Below are positions 19,801 to 26,871 of a stretch of DNA of 64,000 nucleotides, piece by piece. Origin of the DNA: a virus. The notes under the pieces were generated by a model that saw only the letters and a program-made list of their open reading frames with translations, was not told the DNA's origin and ran no database searches. Made by a program: the position numbers and the translations under genes. Location of the stretch: positions 1 through 64,000 of IMG/VR virus record IMGVR_UViG_3300037804_000252; one strand, 5' to 3'. Each line of letters starts with the position of its first letter. Position 1 is the first letter of the stretch.

Positions 19801-21601
19801 TATTTGAACCTGTTCCATTGTCTAAAATATTATACACAATAGATATTGATTCACTAACACTTTGAACAAGTTCATCAGATGAAACTATATCTGTTTGATA
19901 TCGTGTTTGATTAGAAAATTTGAAACTTGCAGATGTATTTGTTATTAGTGTATCTGCGAATTTAGGTCCATTTGTTATAATATCAATAACCTCATCAAAT
20001 CTATCACCAATTATTTCTTGTGTTGTTGATGTTGCAGAAATACCACTACTATATTGGTCTACATTACCAACAAAAATTGATGCGTTTGTATTTTCGACTT
20101 GGGTATATGATGATGTTGCTACATTTCCTCTATCAATTATATCTAATAAAATTGTATAGTTTGTGTCAATAGTTGTTATATCACCAGAAGACGCAGTTAA
20201 TGAAGATGTAATTTGTGAATCACCACTAATATTATAAACCGATGCAGATGAATATCCAGTTGTACTACTTTTTGCTACCAAAGCAACTTCATTCGTATCA
20301 CCATTTTCAATTACAGATGTTACTAATCTAAAATCAGATTTTGCAATTTCTGCAACTTCTGCACTTGAATCTGCTGAGGTAAAGTATTGAGGAATTATAT
20401 TAGGGTCTGTTGCTCTATATCCATTTTCGGTATTTGTTACCAAAGGTGGTATTGCAGAAAGACCATCTTCAATAGTGTCTACAATAATTGAATAATTATT
20501 TTGTACGTTTATAAATGCGTTTTGGTTACCACCACTACCAGTAATAAATCGAGAACCAGATGCGTACATACCAAAATCACCAAACGATGTGTTTGAGTTT
20601 AGAAGTACTGCTTGTCCACCATCAATTACTTTTACTGAGTATGCGGAGAAGTTTGTAAAGAATGATACCAACTGAATGAATCCTCTACCCACAACTTGAC
20701 AACCCACACCATTTGGTGCAACCTGTGTATATGCATCAAGTACCATAGATGCAAGTGGAGAATCTGGATGGATTCTATTACCATCTACATTTAATCCCCC
20801 ACCACCAGGTGGAATTTCTTCATATGCTTCTAAAAATGAATTTTCTTGGTTCGAAATCATCGAACAGTTTTGAACATAAGGAGATGTTGTAATAAATGCG
20901 TTTGGTGCAAATGCAACAGCAAATCCTTTTGCTGATACATCTACCGATGGGAATACTCGTAAACCACCAAAAGTCATCTCTGCTAGATAACACCCACTAT
21001 TTACCCAAAATAAATCTTCATTTTCGTTTTTAGCAATAATTTTTGTTACCCTTAAACCACTTCCCCAAACAGTTGTGTTTCTTGGAAGTTCAATTGGGTT
21101 ATCTTCTAAGTAAGTACCAGTATCAACATCAATTCGGAAACCACTAAAGTTTGAACCAGTTGGTAATCCGAATCTACCATCGTTACCTGGTGTTGCGATT
21201 TCTGCTGCTTTACCAATTGTTTTTAATGGAAACTGTGGTGAACGACCATCATTATCATCACTACCTCTTGTAGCAGATACATAAATTGTTGCGTCACTAC
21301 CACCAAAGTCTTTTACTGAAATTCCACCAAACTTTTGTGTATCAACAGATATATCAGAAAATGATGCGGTTGCATCTAATCTACTTTGTGCATCCTTAAA
21401 TGATAATTGACCATCTAGTTCAAGTGAACCAGTAATTTCAACCGAACCTGTTATTCTTTGTGGTGTGTCTGGATTAGACCCAATGTTAATTGATTGAGAT
21501 ACTAAAAGTGAACCAGAAATAAATACAGAGTTATTTACGGATATCGAATCCCTAAACTCATTTATTTCTTCTATCTGCTTTTGTGGTATTAATCTAGCCA
21601 T
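7844..21601 (-). CDS. Giant virion structural protein (4585 aa): pectate-lyase-like beta-helix frame with 19 helical C-x-R-D repeats and two blocks of nested beta repeats
   Basis: N-terminal IYVSATRGSDDNDG..P.KTI.KA...GTY.E.NPI.LP beta-helix entry motif; 19 countable xCxRDxGxIxxxxxxDxxxGGN-type repeats; location next to neck genes. Confidence 0.85.
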   Translation of the reverse strand: MARLIPQKQIEEINEFRDSISVNNSVFISGSLLVSQSINIGSNPDTPQRITGSVEITGSLELDGQLSFKDAQSRLDATASFSDISVDTQKFGGISVKDFGGSDATIYVSATRGSDDNDGRSPQFPLKTIGKAAEIATPGNDGRFGLPTGSNFSGFRIDVDTGTYLEDNPIELPRNTTVWGSGLRVTKIIAKNENEDLFWVNSGCYLAEMTFGGLRVFPSVDVSAKGFAVAFAPNAFITTSPYVQNCSMISNQENSFLEAYEEIPPGGGGLNVDGNRIHPDSPLASMVLDAYTQVAPNGVGCQVVGRGFIQLVSFFTNFSAYSVKVIDGGQAVLLNSNTSFGDFGMYASGSRFITGSGGNQNAFINVQNNYSIIVDTIEDGLSAIPPLVTNTENGYRATDPNIIPQYFTSADSSAEVAEIAKSDFRLVTSVIENGDTNEVALVAKSSTTGYSSASVYNISGDSQITSSLTASSGDITTIDTNYTILLDIIDRGNVATSSYTQVENTNASIFVGNVDQYSSGISATSTTQEIIGDRFDEVIDIITNGPKFADTLITNTSASFKFSNQTRYQTDIVSSDELVQSVSESISIVYNILDNGTGSNIVPDIIQSSSVANPTIEYQNAYELLINNIPFIQDETIEYLSSSWSEFEYNQETCKRDVGFIVSGAAHDLLYGGNEESVRNGIFYYEYPSDATTTQKDPTLTAIKYVRGLTENVLKNRTFRDTNSDIDNGYDVLFNNKDFIREETISYLSSSWSTFDYNEAKCRRDLGYIIDAVGTDLLYDGNERTLEAGNFYYKYPSLATVDNGTTGQKQQTIDGIKYAKRLSQKLVNDDTFVTSSVSIQSAVDLARKNRSLIQNETITYINTKYPTFSYNESKCRRDTGYIIDNVITDLLYGGNERSELAGLYYYLYPSIANTTQLEETLEGIRYSQGFLRQIVLSNNISTPQIVLNTDGNIRVTSYTPTTSSVSGGETEIQIVSQSFGIIEDIIRYGDTNVLGAIAANSSDIDWTTTNPINTSGRNQITSSTSFDNVYTESISSNYETVIKIIESGSSIVTEETVGTDSKGSPISTVGIPKDSYGDNLVKTVIGVDIPNDITIVKNTDGNIKFNNNSQYTASVTASSTEINKVSSSFASISDIIEFGITGSSLLSGSSTASTYFEVVTLDSNYNAFYFNKNQLSSFDDIDGENLPEDSGSYDDGIKDPTLTLKRGELYTFSVNSLNIVDGGSINPDERQPFYIKTQRKSGTEFQYTSGITNNGTTFGTLTFIVPFDAPDRLFYVNGNNVSSSGIINIVDTLPLSDTQRYIDVPSKGEIEVVYNTIDNIKVTNNSQFSSSLSASVNDTHNVSSSFATVIDILENGLDNLPTVVGNITGSIKKSNISQYTSSTDATDGIRNIVTSSFDTIINILENGVGSFTPTTATYDPSNGNFVMTIPNHGLSVGTDIHLNSESFVFTCDMDGNKTEHKLPSVGQPAYNNKLEILSTTTNTITVNVGKSGPNIEWTPSNATYDPATGNFVITTGTHTLSVGEGIVLDTGSFAFTCEMDNDQSTKSYPRFGIDPYAGRSMIITDVTDTTMTVNVGASGPNKYFTPSDVNYNALSGDMVVTVGQHGLGVNRSVVLENESFAFTCDQDGDSTTHSYPRSGSDPYAEQSIPITSVGTTSHTVTNAPYNASTGDVTITITNHGFSNGDYIKLDDNSLTYTCVLDGDTVEKSYPRPGYDYPSGRWLELSNVTTDTFDINIGSSSYTNTHTFISATSDGLKRQDGTFTINVGDGGSASGSIHTFVSASNNAIKHEPQTVHTFVSASNGAVKHLPQSVHTFVRTDENSVNILPILDDNISDLIKVTSTNQVTSSISATNTEVELVSSSYATIIDVLKNGTSVLPTEILNTSASIKVTDTNIYQNVSMSVSNTEIEKVSSSFAIVLDIVENGTGSIPTIVENVNENIKVGNVGQYISSSYSGSLEDVDFVSSSFAIVTSIITNGLNSAPTLVDYTTRLTTENAIASYEIIKENIDFIQEETITYLSSSWSTASYDEEKCRRDVGFIVSGAAEDLIYNANSASVVNGRFYFENPSLAETSQINQTLDGINYASRLAQKLIQNIEFVTASQERLDTQTLLTENTEFIQNETISYLSSSWSTFDYVEITCKRDVGHIIDAVKTDVVYGGNERSVNAGEFYYLYPSSATGSQLQQTLDGIDYARRLADKVIQQTTFVTASNEVSTSHQLLRDNKQFIQDETIEYISASWSEFDYVESTCKRDVGYIIDAVATDVLYGGNERTIEAADYYFRYPSDATGSQLSQTVDAINYARRLSENIVVNTQFASAPFSRTNAYDLIFQNRNLIQTEVVEYISSSWADFEYDDVKCARDVGYILDAVTTDLLYGGNERSRVAGEFYYLYPSDATGSQLSQTVDGVKWAKSMSDNILQNKLFVTASEQKLSVASLITENKQLIQDETISYLSSSWSTFDYNESKCKRDVGYILDAVVTDFVYGGNERAVNAGEFYYLYPSDATGSQLSQTSDGISFASRLVNKLITNTTLVTASLERQATYDLLFENKSFIQDEVISYISSSWSGFEYIESKCRRDTGYIIDAVATDTLYGGNERSVTAGEFYYLFPSEATGSQLQQTVDGVRHAAGVAEKLIQNTIFTTTSLDKKQSYDLILNNKDIIQDNVIDFIDQTYPYFTYNRVKCRRDTGYIIDAVITDLLYGGNQRSVVAGIYYYLYPSEATTVQLEETIQAIRYADSVSKKLVQSELLTIPSIIKNSENNIRFTDTTQYTNSIAISGSSVSEISSSFESVIGIITDGVKSFTPEDATYNPANGDFVMTIPNHTLTKLNGLYLRPDSFVFTCDMDGNRTEHILPSVGQPAYNNRLPIKSTTTNTITVNVGKSGPNIEFNPTNATYDPSNGEFVVTVGTHSLSVGEGVVMSPESFAFTCDMDNDQSTKSYPREGIDPFAVRSIPITSVTDTTLTFNVGASGPNKYFTPTDANYNASTGDMIVTVGQHGLGVGRSVVLEDESFAFTCDQDNDATTHSYPRPGSDPYAGKSIVITSVGTTSHSVTNAPYDSATGDVTITIASHGFSNGDYIKLDDNSLTYTCVLDGNTTTKSYPRPNYDYPSGRWLEISNVTTNTFDINIGSSPYVGSHTFVSATTNGLERQDGTFTINVGDGGSASGSIHTFVSASNNAVKHEPQSVHTFVSASNGALKHLPQSNHTFKRVVNNSVSTLPFEVKNIDSKTKVNNIDQFTLSTSGTSTEVGIISSSVDLINDVIRFGTDKIPFTIAKHFQTSELDNPQNLTTSSYVTASGTYNVTDELEIVSSSVKIINDIIENGTGSLPIQISNTSNNIKVGNVEQFIGIYGGSLTEIDLVKERGSIIENVVQNGTGSLPSLVKTNSDINNLIKYTNTSQTIGSSGDRVQEKIISSSFGLIVDILNNGTSSLPNLVEYTETIDAPKSVNAYNLLKNNISFIQDETIAFLSSSWGEFDYNETKCRRDLGFIISGAAEDLIWNANSASLVNGVYYYEYPSQATGSQLQQTLDGIIYAGNMAQNIVRGRTYVTASQNVSASFELLSNNRDFIKEETIAFVSSSWSDFYYSESKCRRDTGHIVDAIATDLLYGGNQRSIIAAEYYYKYPSAAIVGGIPSENQQKDPTVTAINYIKGLVGEIVSGSTFVTSSNEVEYTYDSIRENREFIQNETVSFINAKYPNLVYNEQSCSRDTGFIVDAIATDLRWGGNQRSITAGEFYYRFPSKAISYQLDSTVDGIVYIKDLIEKIANKETLEIPQRTLNTNSNIKFFTHNQFTGSLSGSLENIAFVSSSIDLVTTIIANGTGSYETASLYGVRSTDPSTLAAYEIIKENIDFIKDETIAYLSSSWSTSSYNEEKCKRDVGFIISGAAEDLVYNSYSASIVNGKFYYEFPSEANGTGSQINQTLDGIFYASRITQNLIQNTEFVTASLEVSSSYNLIRENREFIQSESISYLSSSWSSFDYNEEKCKRDITHIIDAVSTDVLYGGNERSINAGNFYYKYPSSATNAQVDPTTTGIEYAGDLMENLVQNNIFVTASSERIAGNKTLLENREFIQNEVIAYISSSWSNFDYNEASCSRDTGYILDAVATDFLYGGNERSRTGGEYYYLYPSEATTTQVNQTTDGIKYASGISQKLVQNIEFVTASNEVSASWNLLRDNKEFIQNEVIAFVSSSWSGVYYDEDKCKRDVGHLIDATATDLFYGGNERSVTAGSYYWRYPSRATNSGVPSEENQLDPTIDGVRYAKGLSQKVIQNVEFTTPSNATLVGAELLIGNKNLIQTEVITFLSSSWSEFEYNQSKCFRDVGYIIDAVRTDMVYGGNERSLQAGRFYYYIPSVAITEQKPQTIDGIDFAKGLSENVILKNQLTRPPFNTRVSVDLLKSSKKILQGKAISYTNGAFPNFVYNEEKCYRDTGFILDAIATDLFYGGNERSIEAAKSYYNGVYGDASAVVNEQKYETADANRFLRTQFQRIVRNSPLENFGSLIITTGHDFSYSGAGVTYKALPPNQGGAGIPDPDKEITEIGGGRVFFTSGNELGDFRIGAGLVINQATGTLQGRTFSRSLFSLVTPFSLALQD

Positions 21602-22080
21602 TACTTAATTTCTACAATTTTACCTTTAATCTCAAAGTCAGTCCTTACCACATCATTTGGTACTCTGGTTATACTTTGGTTAAAAATGATTTTGATTGAT
21701 ACCCCGTTCATCAAATTACCAGTAGTTATTTCACCACCAATAGAATTGAATATTTTAACAATGTATCTATCTCCCGTCTGCTTTACTCCATATAAATATA
21801 CATCAATGTAATCTTTCACATCATCTACGACTAAATCTTCATAAACAAATCTGTATCCTTTTATGTCCCCATAATCTGCGTAATCTCCATCACCAGGACT
21901 TGAGTTATCAACTGGTCCTAATTCAACCGTAAACAATTCACCCGATAAGGATATTGATGTTGGAATAAACTCACTTATGAATGTATCTTTTATTACATCC
22001 AATACAAAAGTTCTAAAAGATTTTCTATCTCTTTTCTTTTCAATATTACCTAATTCAATATGTGGTCTTTTTCTTGCCAT
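21601..22080 (-). CDS. Hypothetical virion-associated protein
   Basis: 159-aa ORF overlapping both neighbours by 1 nt; DVYLYGVKQ resembles the FDVFIWG and YRIYINS segments of the next two genes. Confidence 0.7.
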   Translation of the reverse strand: MARKRPHIELGNIEKKRDRKSFRTFVLDVIKDTFISEFIPTSISLSGELFTVELGPVDNSSPGDGDYADYGDIKGYRFVYEDLVVDDVKDYIDVYLYGVKQTGDRYIVKIFNSIGGEITTGNLMNGVSIKIIFNQSITRVPNDVVRTDFEIKGKIVEIK

Positions 22081-22457
22081 TAGTTAACTTGTTCTAAATC
22101 ACCTTCTATTTTAATTTTATCACTAGATTCAATTTGCCATGCTTGACCAAAGTTTGGGTCATTTGGATTTTCAATTATAGATGGAAAGTTTGCACGAATA
22201 AATTTTATATGAAAATCATTTCCAACTTGTTTGTATTTATAATCTCTTTGAGAAATATAACCTCCCCAAATAAAAACATCAAAACGATGTTCAGTTTTTC
22301 TTTTATCAGAAACTCTACTATCTAAAGTTTTTAATCTACAATTTTGAACTCTCCATATCCAATATAGTGGATGAGTACCATTGTATTCTTCCATATCGAA
22401 CTCATTGGGTTCATTAACCTCTTTCATTATATTTTTTATAGTCTTTATACTACTCAT
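22080..22457 (-). CDS. Hypothetical virion-associated protein
   Basis: 125-aa ORF coupled to neighbours in the neck operon. Confidence 0.7.
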   Translation of the reverse strand: MSSIKTIKNIMKEVNEPNEFDMEEYNGTHPLYWIWRVQNCRLKTLDSRVSDKRKTEHRFDVFIWGGYISQRDYKYKQVGNDFHIKFIRANFPSIIENPNDPNFGQAWQIESSDKIKIEGDLEQVN

Positions 22458-23515
22458 AATTGTTCAAATTTACCAACAATATCTACTTCATCGTTTGCAT
22501 CTAAATTAAAACCAAGACCAGAAAATACAAATGTTATTTCATTTGTTGCACCGTTAAATGAATAAGAATAAATTGATGCTGGTTTGAACTCTGAATTAAT
22601 ATAGATTCTATACCAATTAACTGTATCAAAAGAACCAATTAACTCAGGTGGTAAAACAGGTTGTCTTACATTTGTTAATTTAACTTGATTTGCACTTACA
22701 AACTCAGCTCGTTGAGAACTTCGTATAGTGACAAAATCTAATACATTTTGATATTCATTTATAATATTTGGATTCGTAAATGTTAAACCACTCAAATCAG
22801 TTTCAACACCCCAAACAACTCGTTTAGGTGTAAATGATTTTTTAACAGTTGGTTTTTCATCATATGTTTCTGGAAGTAAATATGCATTTACTGCCATCGT
22901 AAATGAAGTTCTAATAATTCTTTCCGAACCTTCTCCTACTTCTTGTTGATTATCAAACGAATCAATACGAGTCCTAAATTTGAATCCATTCTCCTTACCC
23001 CAATACCTATCAGTTGCATATTGAAATTGTTCAACTATGGTATTCATATGTTCGGTAAACGATGTCCAAATCATTACCTCATACGATACAGTTACATAAT
23101 CAGGTACCGAAACTTCATATTGTTCTATGGGTGGTCTTGCGTTTGATTGTAAACTAAACCTTTCATATTTATTTTTTGAAGAATATTTTTTATATGCAGG
23201 GAGTGTATTTACATCTTTGAATTGAGAAAGATTTCCATCCCTTTCAATAGAGTTTCTTTTGAACATTACTAAAGGAATTTGAATCTTACCTCTTTGGTCT
23301 CTCAGATATCCCTTTTGTCTAGCATTATTCCATCGTTCAGCATTACCATACAATAAAGGAACTTTAACTTGATTTCCATTTTCTTCAACATCAGGTATCA
23401 CAGTATGTACCATATATTCTGCTATAGCAGTATCTACATCCAAAAGTTTTACACCTTTAGTGTATTCAGGTTTTATACCCCTCTGTAATGCTCTATTTGT
23501 TTCTTTTTTATTCAT
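22454..23515 (-). CDS. gp15: Tail terminator / tail sheath stabiliser, T4 gp15-like, with C-terminal extension
   Basis: KVPLLYG..ERW, IPL..F.R, VP....V.YE..IWT....MN.IVEQ motifs; gp13-gp14-gp15 order. Confidence 0.75.
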   Translation of the reverse strand: MNKKETNRALQRGIKPEYTKGVKLLDVDTAIAEYMVHTVIPDVEENGNQVKVPLLYGNAERWNNARQKGYLRDQRGKIQIPLVMFKRNSIERDGNLSQFKDVNTLPAYKKYSSKNKYERFSLQSNARPPIEQYEVSVPDYVTVSYEVMIWTSFTEHMNTIVEQFQYATDRYWGKENGFKFRTRIDSFDNQQEVGEGSERIIRTSFTMAVNAYLLPETYDEKPTVKKSFTPKRVVWGVETDLSGLTFTNPNIINEYQNVLDFVTIRSSQRAEFVSANQVKLTNVRQPVLPPELIGSFDTVNWYRIYINSEFKPASIYSYSFNGATNEITFVFSGLGFNLDANDEVDIVGKFEQL

Positions 23516-23970
23516 TAGATAATTCGCATTTCAGTTTGAATAGAACTTCTTCTAGTCATAAATGTTGAACAAATGATTGAGAATTTCTCTCCACTCTGCC
23601 CACCAATTAATTGGTCCTCTCTCACATTATCGATTTCAAAATATGCATCATTGTGCATAATAATATCTCCAATCTCTGGATAGAATTCTTTTCCTTTTAA
23701 TGTAATTCGATTAAATCTAAATTCTACGTTTTGTCCACTATCTGAACCAAATCCTTCATATGAAACCGAAGTATCATCTCTTTCAATAACTGCACTACAT
23801 TCAGTACCTTGATAATAAGATTTATTTAAGGATTCTCCATAAAGATTTGTTGAAATATCTTCAATAGCAAGTTTGAATAGAACTACTGTTGTTTCAATTA
23901 CAGTATCTACTAATTCCTTTGAAATAGATTCAAAGAATCTTATGTCTCTATCTAATGCAAATCTTGGCAT
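23515..23970 (-). CDS. gp14: Neck / head-closure protein, T4 gp14-like
   Basis: NLYGES, P.IGDII, YFEI..V motifs; lies between gp13-like and gp15-like genes. Confidence 0.72.
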   Translation of the reverse strand: MPRFALDRDIRFFESISKELVDTVIETTVVLFKLAIEDISTNLYGESLNKSYYQGTECSAVIERDDTSVSYEGFGSDSGQNVEFRFNRITLKGKEFYPEIGDIIMHNDAYFEIDNVREDQLIGGQSGEKFSIICSTFMTRRSSIQTEMRII

Positions 23971-23971
23971 T

Positions 23972-25120
23972 TTATCCAGTGTATATCGTTAGTGGAACTT
24001 TTCGTAACATTTCTTGCTGATAATTAGATTCGTTATTTCTAATTTCAAACTGATTTTTTCTACTTAACTCTTCTAAGTTTTCTCTGAGTTGTTCAATCAA
24101 AGCGTCTTTTTCAGTTTGAGCCTCAGCTCTTAATGCTGCTCCATCCAACGATATTTCGGAACCAGGAATAGGTACTGAACTATATTTTTCTCTGATTGCT
24201 CCTAATAGTTCTTTAGCAAGAGCAAGTGAATATTTTCTAATCCATTGTTTACCAACATCATTTATAGAAGTATATGGGATGAAATCATATCCAATATTTG
24301 AGTAATCAGAAACTACATCTTCAGTTACGTTTGTTGAGTTTTGAACAAATTCATCTCTTACAAAATACTCAAACCATAATTTACCAGTTGAAGTTGGAAT
24401 AGGAAAAATTTGTAATTTATTATTTGTTATATTAAAAGAGTGAGCAGATTTTCTAAATTGGTCATTAAACTCAATTGCTTGAATTCTTAACATATCCTCA
24501 AAGACAGGCATCAATACGAATTGTGCTGCTGGTGAGAATGAACCAAATCCAAATTCATCAATTAAGTTAAGTGTTCCTTGACCACTTACTGAATAAGGGT
24601 CGAAGAATCTATTAATTGCTGGTGTTGTTTCGTGAAATACCTTTACTACATCAATTCGTTTACCACCTTCCGAAGAACTAGCAAACAATTCATTTAAGTC
24701 ATATTTTTGTTTACCTATTTCTAAATCAATAGAACCACTGTTTACATCAGTTGCACCACCAACACCCGCCAGAGTCCCATATGCGTCTGATATACCTATA
24801 ACTGTTGGTAAAAATGAACCTTGTACCAACTTTCCACTATAATTTGTACCGGTTGGGTTTCCTTTTAATGTATCTAAGTTATTTCTAATATTAAACTGAT
24901 TTACTTGTGAAGCATATTCTGAAGTTGCTTCTTCAAAACAAGCAAATAAACTTTCATCAACCAATTCTACGTTTTGTACCGGATATCCTAATCTTTTTGC
25001 ACACCAATTAGCTATCTTAGGTGCATCGGTTTGGAACTCATAATCACTATCATAAGTACCAAAAGGAGTTGAACCCGTAGCAAATGATGATGAACCAGGG
25101 TATATGTATTCTACTGCCAT
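23972..25120 (-). CDS. gp13: Neck / head-tail adaptor protein, T4 gp13-like
   Basis: RLGYP..NVEL near the N-terminus and WIRKY.LAL.KE.LG..R.KY..V.IPG..I.LDG..L..EA near the C-terminus. Confidence 0.82.
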   Translation of the reverse strand: MAVEYIYPGSSSFATGSTPFGTYDSDYEFQTDAPKIANWCAKRLGYPVQNVELVDESLFACFEEATSEYASQVNQFNIRNNLDTLKGNPTGTNYSGKLVQGSFLPTVIGISDAYGTLAGVGGATDVNSGSIDLEIGKQKYDLNELFASSSEGGKRIDVVKVFHETTPAINRFFDPYSVSGQGTLNLIDEFGFGSFSPAAQFVLMPVFEDMLRIQAIEFNDQFRKSAHSFNITNNKLQIFPIPTSTGKLWFEYFVRDEFVQNSTNVTEDVVSDYSNIGYDFIPYTSINDVGKQWIRKYSLALAKELLGAIREKYSSVPIPGSEISLDGAALRAEAQTEKDALIEQLRENLEELSRKNQFEIRNNESNYQQEMLRKVPLTIYTG

Positions 25121-25191
25121 AAATTATTCCTCTCTTTAGTATAGTATCTATAAATATAAAAAAATATAAGAATAGTGTTTTTCAAAAAGGC

Positions 25192-25222
25192 AAAAAAAAG
25201 AGGGGAACTTTCGAACCCCTCT
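25192..25222 (-). terminator. Rho-independent terminator after the major capsid gene
   Basis: Minus strand AGAGGGG-ttcgaaagtt-CCCCTCT followed by a T run, about 25 nt after the capsid stop. Confidence 0.85.
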
Positions 25223-25247
25223 AATTTAATTTAAGAACTAACTAAGA

Positions 25248-26843
25248 TTAGATAGATGCTAAATCTTTAACATAAATCTTACCATAGAATTCTGGTCTAA
25301 CCATCTTCTTAGCGTATCTTGTCATAACTCCTCTTCTTGGAGTGAAGTTAGTTGGGTCATACACTAATGGAGTCATGATTAATGGTACATAAGGTGCGTA
25401 AACTGCTCCTGTTTCTAGGAAGTTTGAACCTCTAAATCCTAACAAGATTTCATTTGAATTCATGTAAGGGTTTTTGTACACAGTATATCTATTTGCTAGA
25501 GAACCAACAGTAGTTACACCAGCTGCGAAAGACATTGCATCTTTATCAGCAGAAACTGTAAATCCTGGGATTGATTCTAGAATAGTACACACATCAGGAG
25601 AAGCTACTACAAAGTTAGCACCACCTCTTAATGTTAATTGGTGAATCTTATTAGAAACTTTGTTAATCTTAGTTCCTAAAGTTTGGAACCAAGTATTTTT
25701 CTGATAAGCTTGTCCTGCAGTTGCAGCAGTCCATGCAGAGTTTACATACTCTTCACCAATTGTTGCTGACCAGTACTCAGTAGTCAATGCGTTAGAAGCT
25801 AACATATCTAAGATTTCTAAGTCAATCTCTAATGAGATGTAATCAGATAACATAGAAGTTAATTCAGCTTCAGCATCGATTGAGTGGTAAGCGTTAAGGT
25901 CTTGTGCCAACTCAGGAGTCCACACAGCCTTTAGTTTTCTAGTCTTAGCAACGATTGCTTCAGACTTCAATTCTAAGTCTACTTCTGGAATTGCGATATC
26001 AGCATCGATAGTAGCACCTTTTTGAGGTTTACCAGCTTCGAAGTCACCTCTATCGTAATCAGCAGGTACTCTTGAATAGTTTACTGAAATAGCGTTTTGG
26101 TCAACAGCTACTTGAGAGAATACAAACGCAGTAATGTTTGTTCCATCTTGAGAGTTGAATTGACTAAAGTTTACATCATTAGTAATGTCAGTACCAGAAA
26201 TTCTGAAACTTCTTACTGCATCTAAATCAGCGTTGTCTAATTCAGTTTTAGCGAAAGTTACTTTTTGAACATCACCTGCAGCAACTGAAGCAGAAAGTAC
26301 TGCGTCAAATCCTACATCAGCCCAAGAAGCAGAAGCCCAAGTCTGAGCACCAGTTGCAACTGAAGCAGTGTACTCATTTACAGAGTATCCATAAGAACCT
26401 GACCCGTAAAGACCACCTTGTGCAACATCAGTTGAACCTAAGTCAGCACCAGAACCACCAAATAGTGAACCACCTGATGATTTTCCACCATTAGCAGAAC
26501 CATACTTAAAGTCTAAGTAAAAAATTAGACCTGAAGGTAAGTTCATTGGTTGTACTGAAACGAATTCTTTAGAAGCAATCTCACCAAAGATTCTTCTTAC
26601 TAAAGGTAGAGCAACACCGCTCCACTCTTCAGAGTTACTTGCGACACCAGTTTGTGATGCCTCATCAAGCAATTGTTTTGCTTGGTTTTCTAAAAGAACG
26701 GCCATTGAGCCTTGTTCTTTTTGTCCTAAACCTTCTAAAAGACCAGTGTTTTCCCACTTAGATTTCAGTTGTCTTGTTTCATTCAACATTACCGACTGCG
26801 GGGTCTTGCCTTCCATTAGTTTAGATAAATCAAAATTTGCCAT
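25248..26843 (-). CDS. gp23: Major capsid protein, T4 gp23-like
   Basis: LPLVRR, VSVQPM..PSGLIFYL, AKTRKLKA.WT.ELAQDL.A.H.IDAEAEL, G..YAPYVPL, F.P..G.MTRY. Confidence 0.97.
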   Translation of the reverse strand: MANFDLSKLMEGKTPQSVMLNETRQLKSKWENTGLLEGLGQKEQGSMAVLLENQAKQLLDEASQTGVASNSEEWSGVALPLVRRIFGEIASKEFVSVQPMNLPSGLIFYLDFKYGSANGGKSSGGSLFGGSGADLGSTDVAQGGLYGSGSYGYSVNEYTASVATGAQTWASASWADVGFDAVLSASVAAGDVQKVTFAKTELDNADLDAVRSFRISGTDITNDVNFSQFNSQDGTNITAFVFSQVAVDQNAISVNYSRVPADYDRGDFEAGKPQKGATIDADIAIPEVDLELKSEAIVAKTRKLKAVWTPELAQDLNAYHSIDAEAELTSMLSDYISLEIDLEILDMLASNALTTEYWSATIGEEYVNSAWTAATAGQAYQKNTWFQTLGTKINKVSNKIHQLTLRGGANFVVASPDVCTILESIPGFTVSADKDAMSFAAGVTTVGSLANRYTVYKNPYMNSNEILLGFRGSNFLETGAVYAPYVPLIMTPLVYDPTNFTPRRGVMTRYAKKMVRPEFYGKIYVKDLASI

Positions 26844-26871
26844 TTTATTTTTCCTTTTTAATGTTAGTTAA

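Noticed and set aside
1-21601. Possible CRISPR array or diversity-generating retroelement suggested by the many repeats
   Set aside because: Repeats are in-frame, degenerate at third positions and protein-coding; no constant repeat with unique spacers, no reverse transcriptase, and no adenine-specific template/variable pair seen
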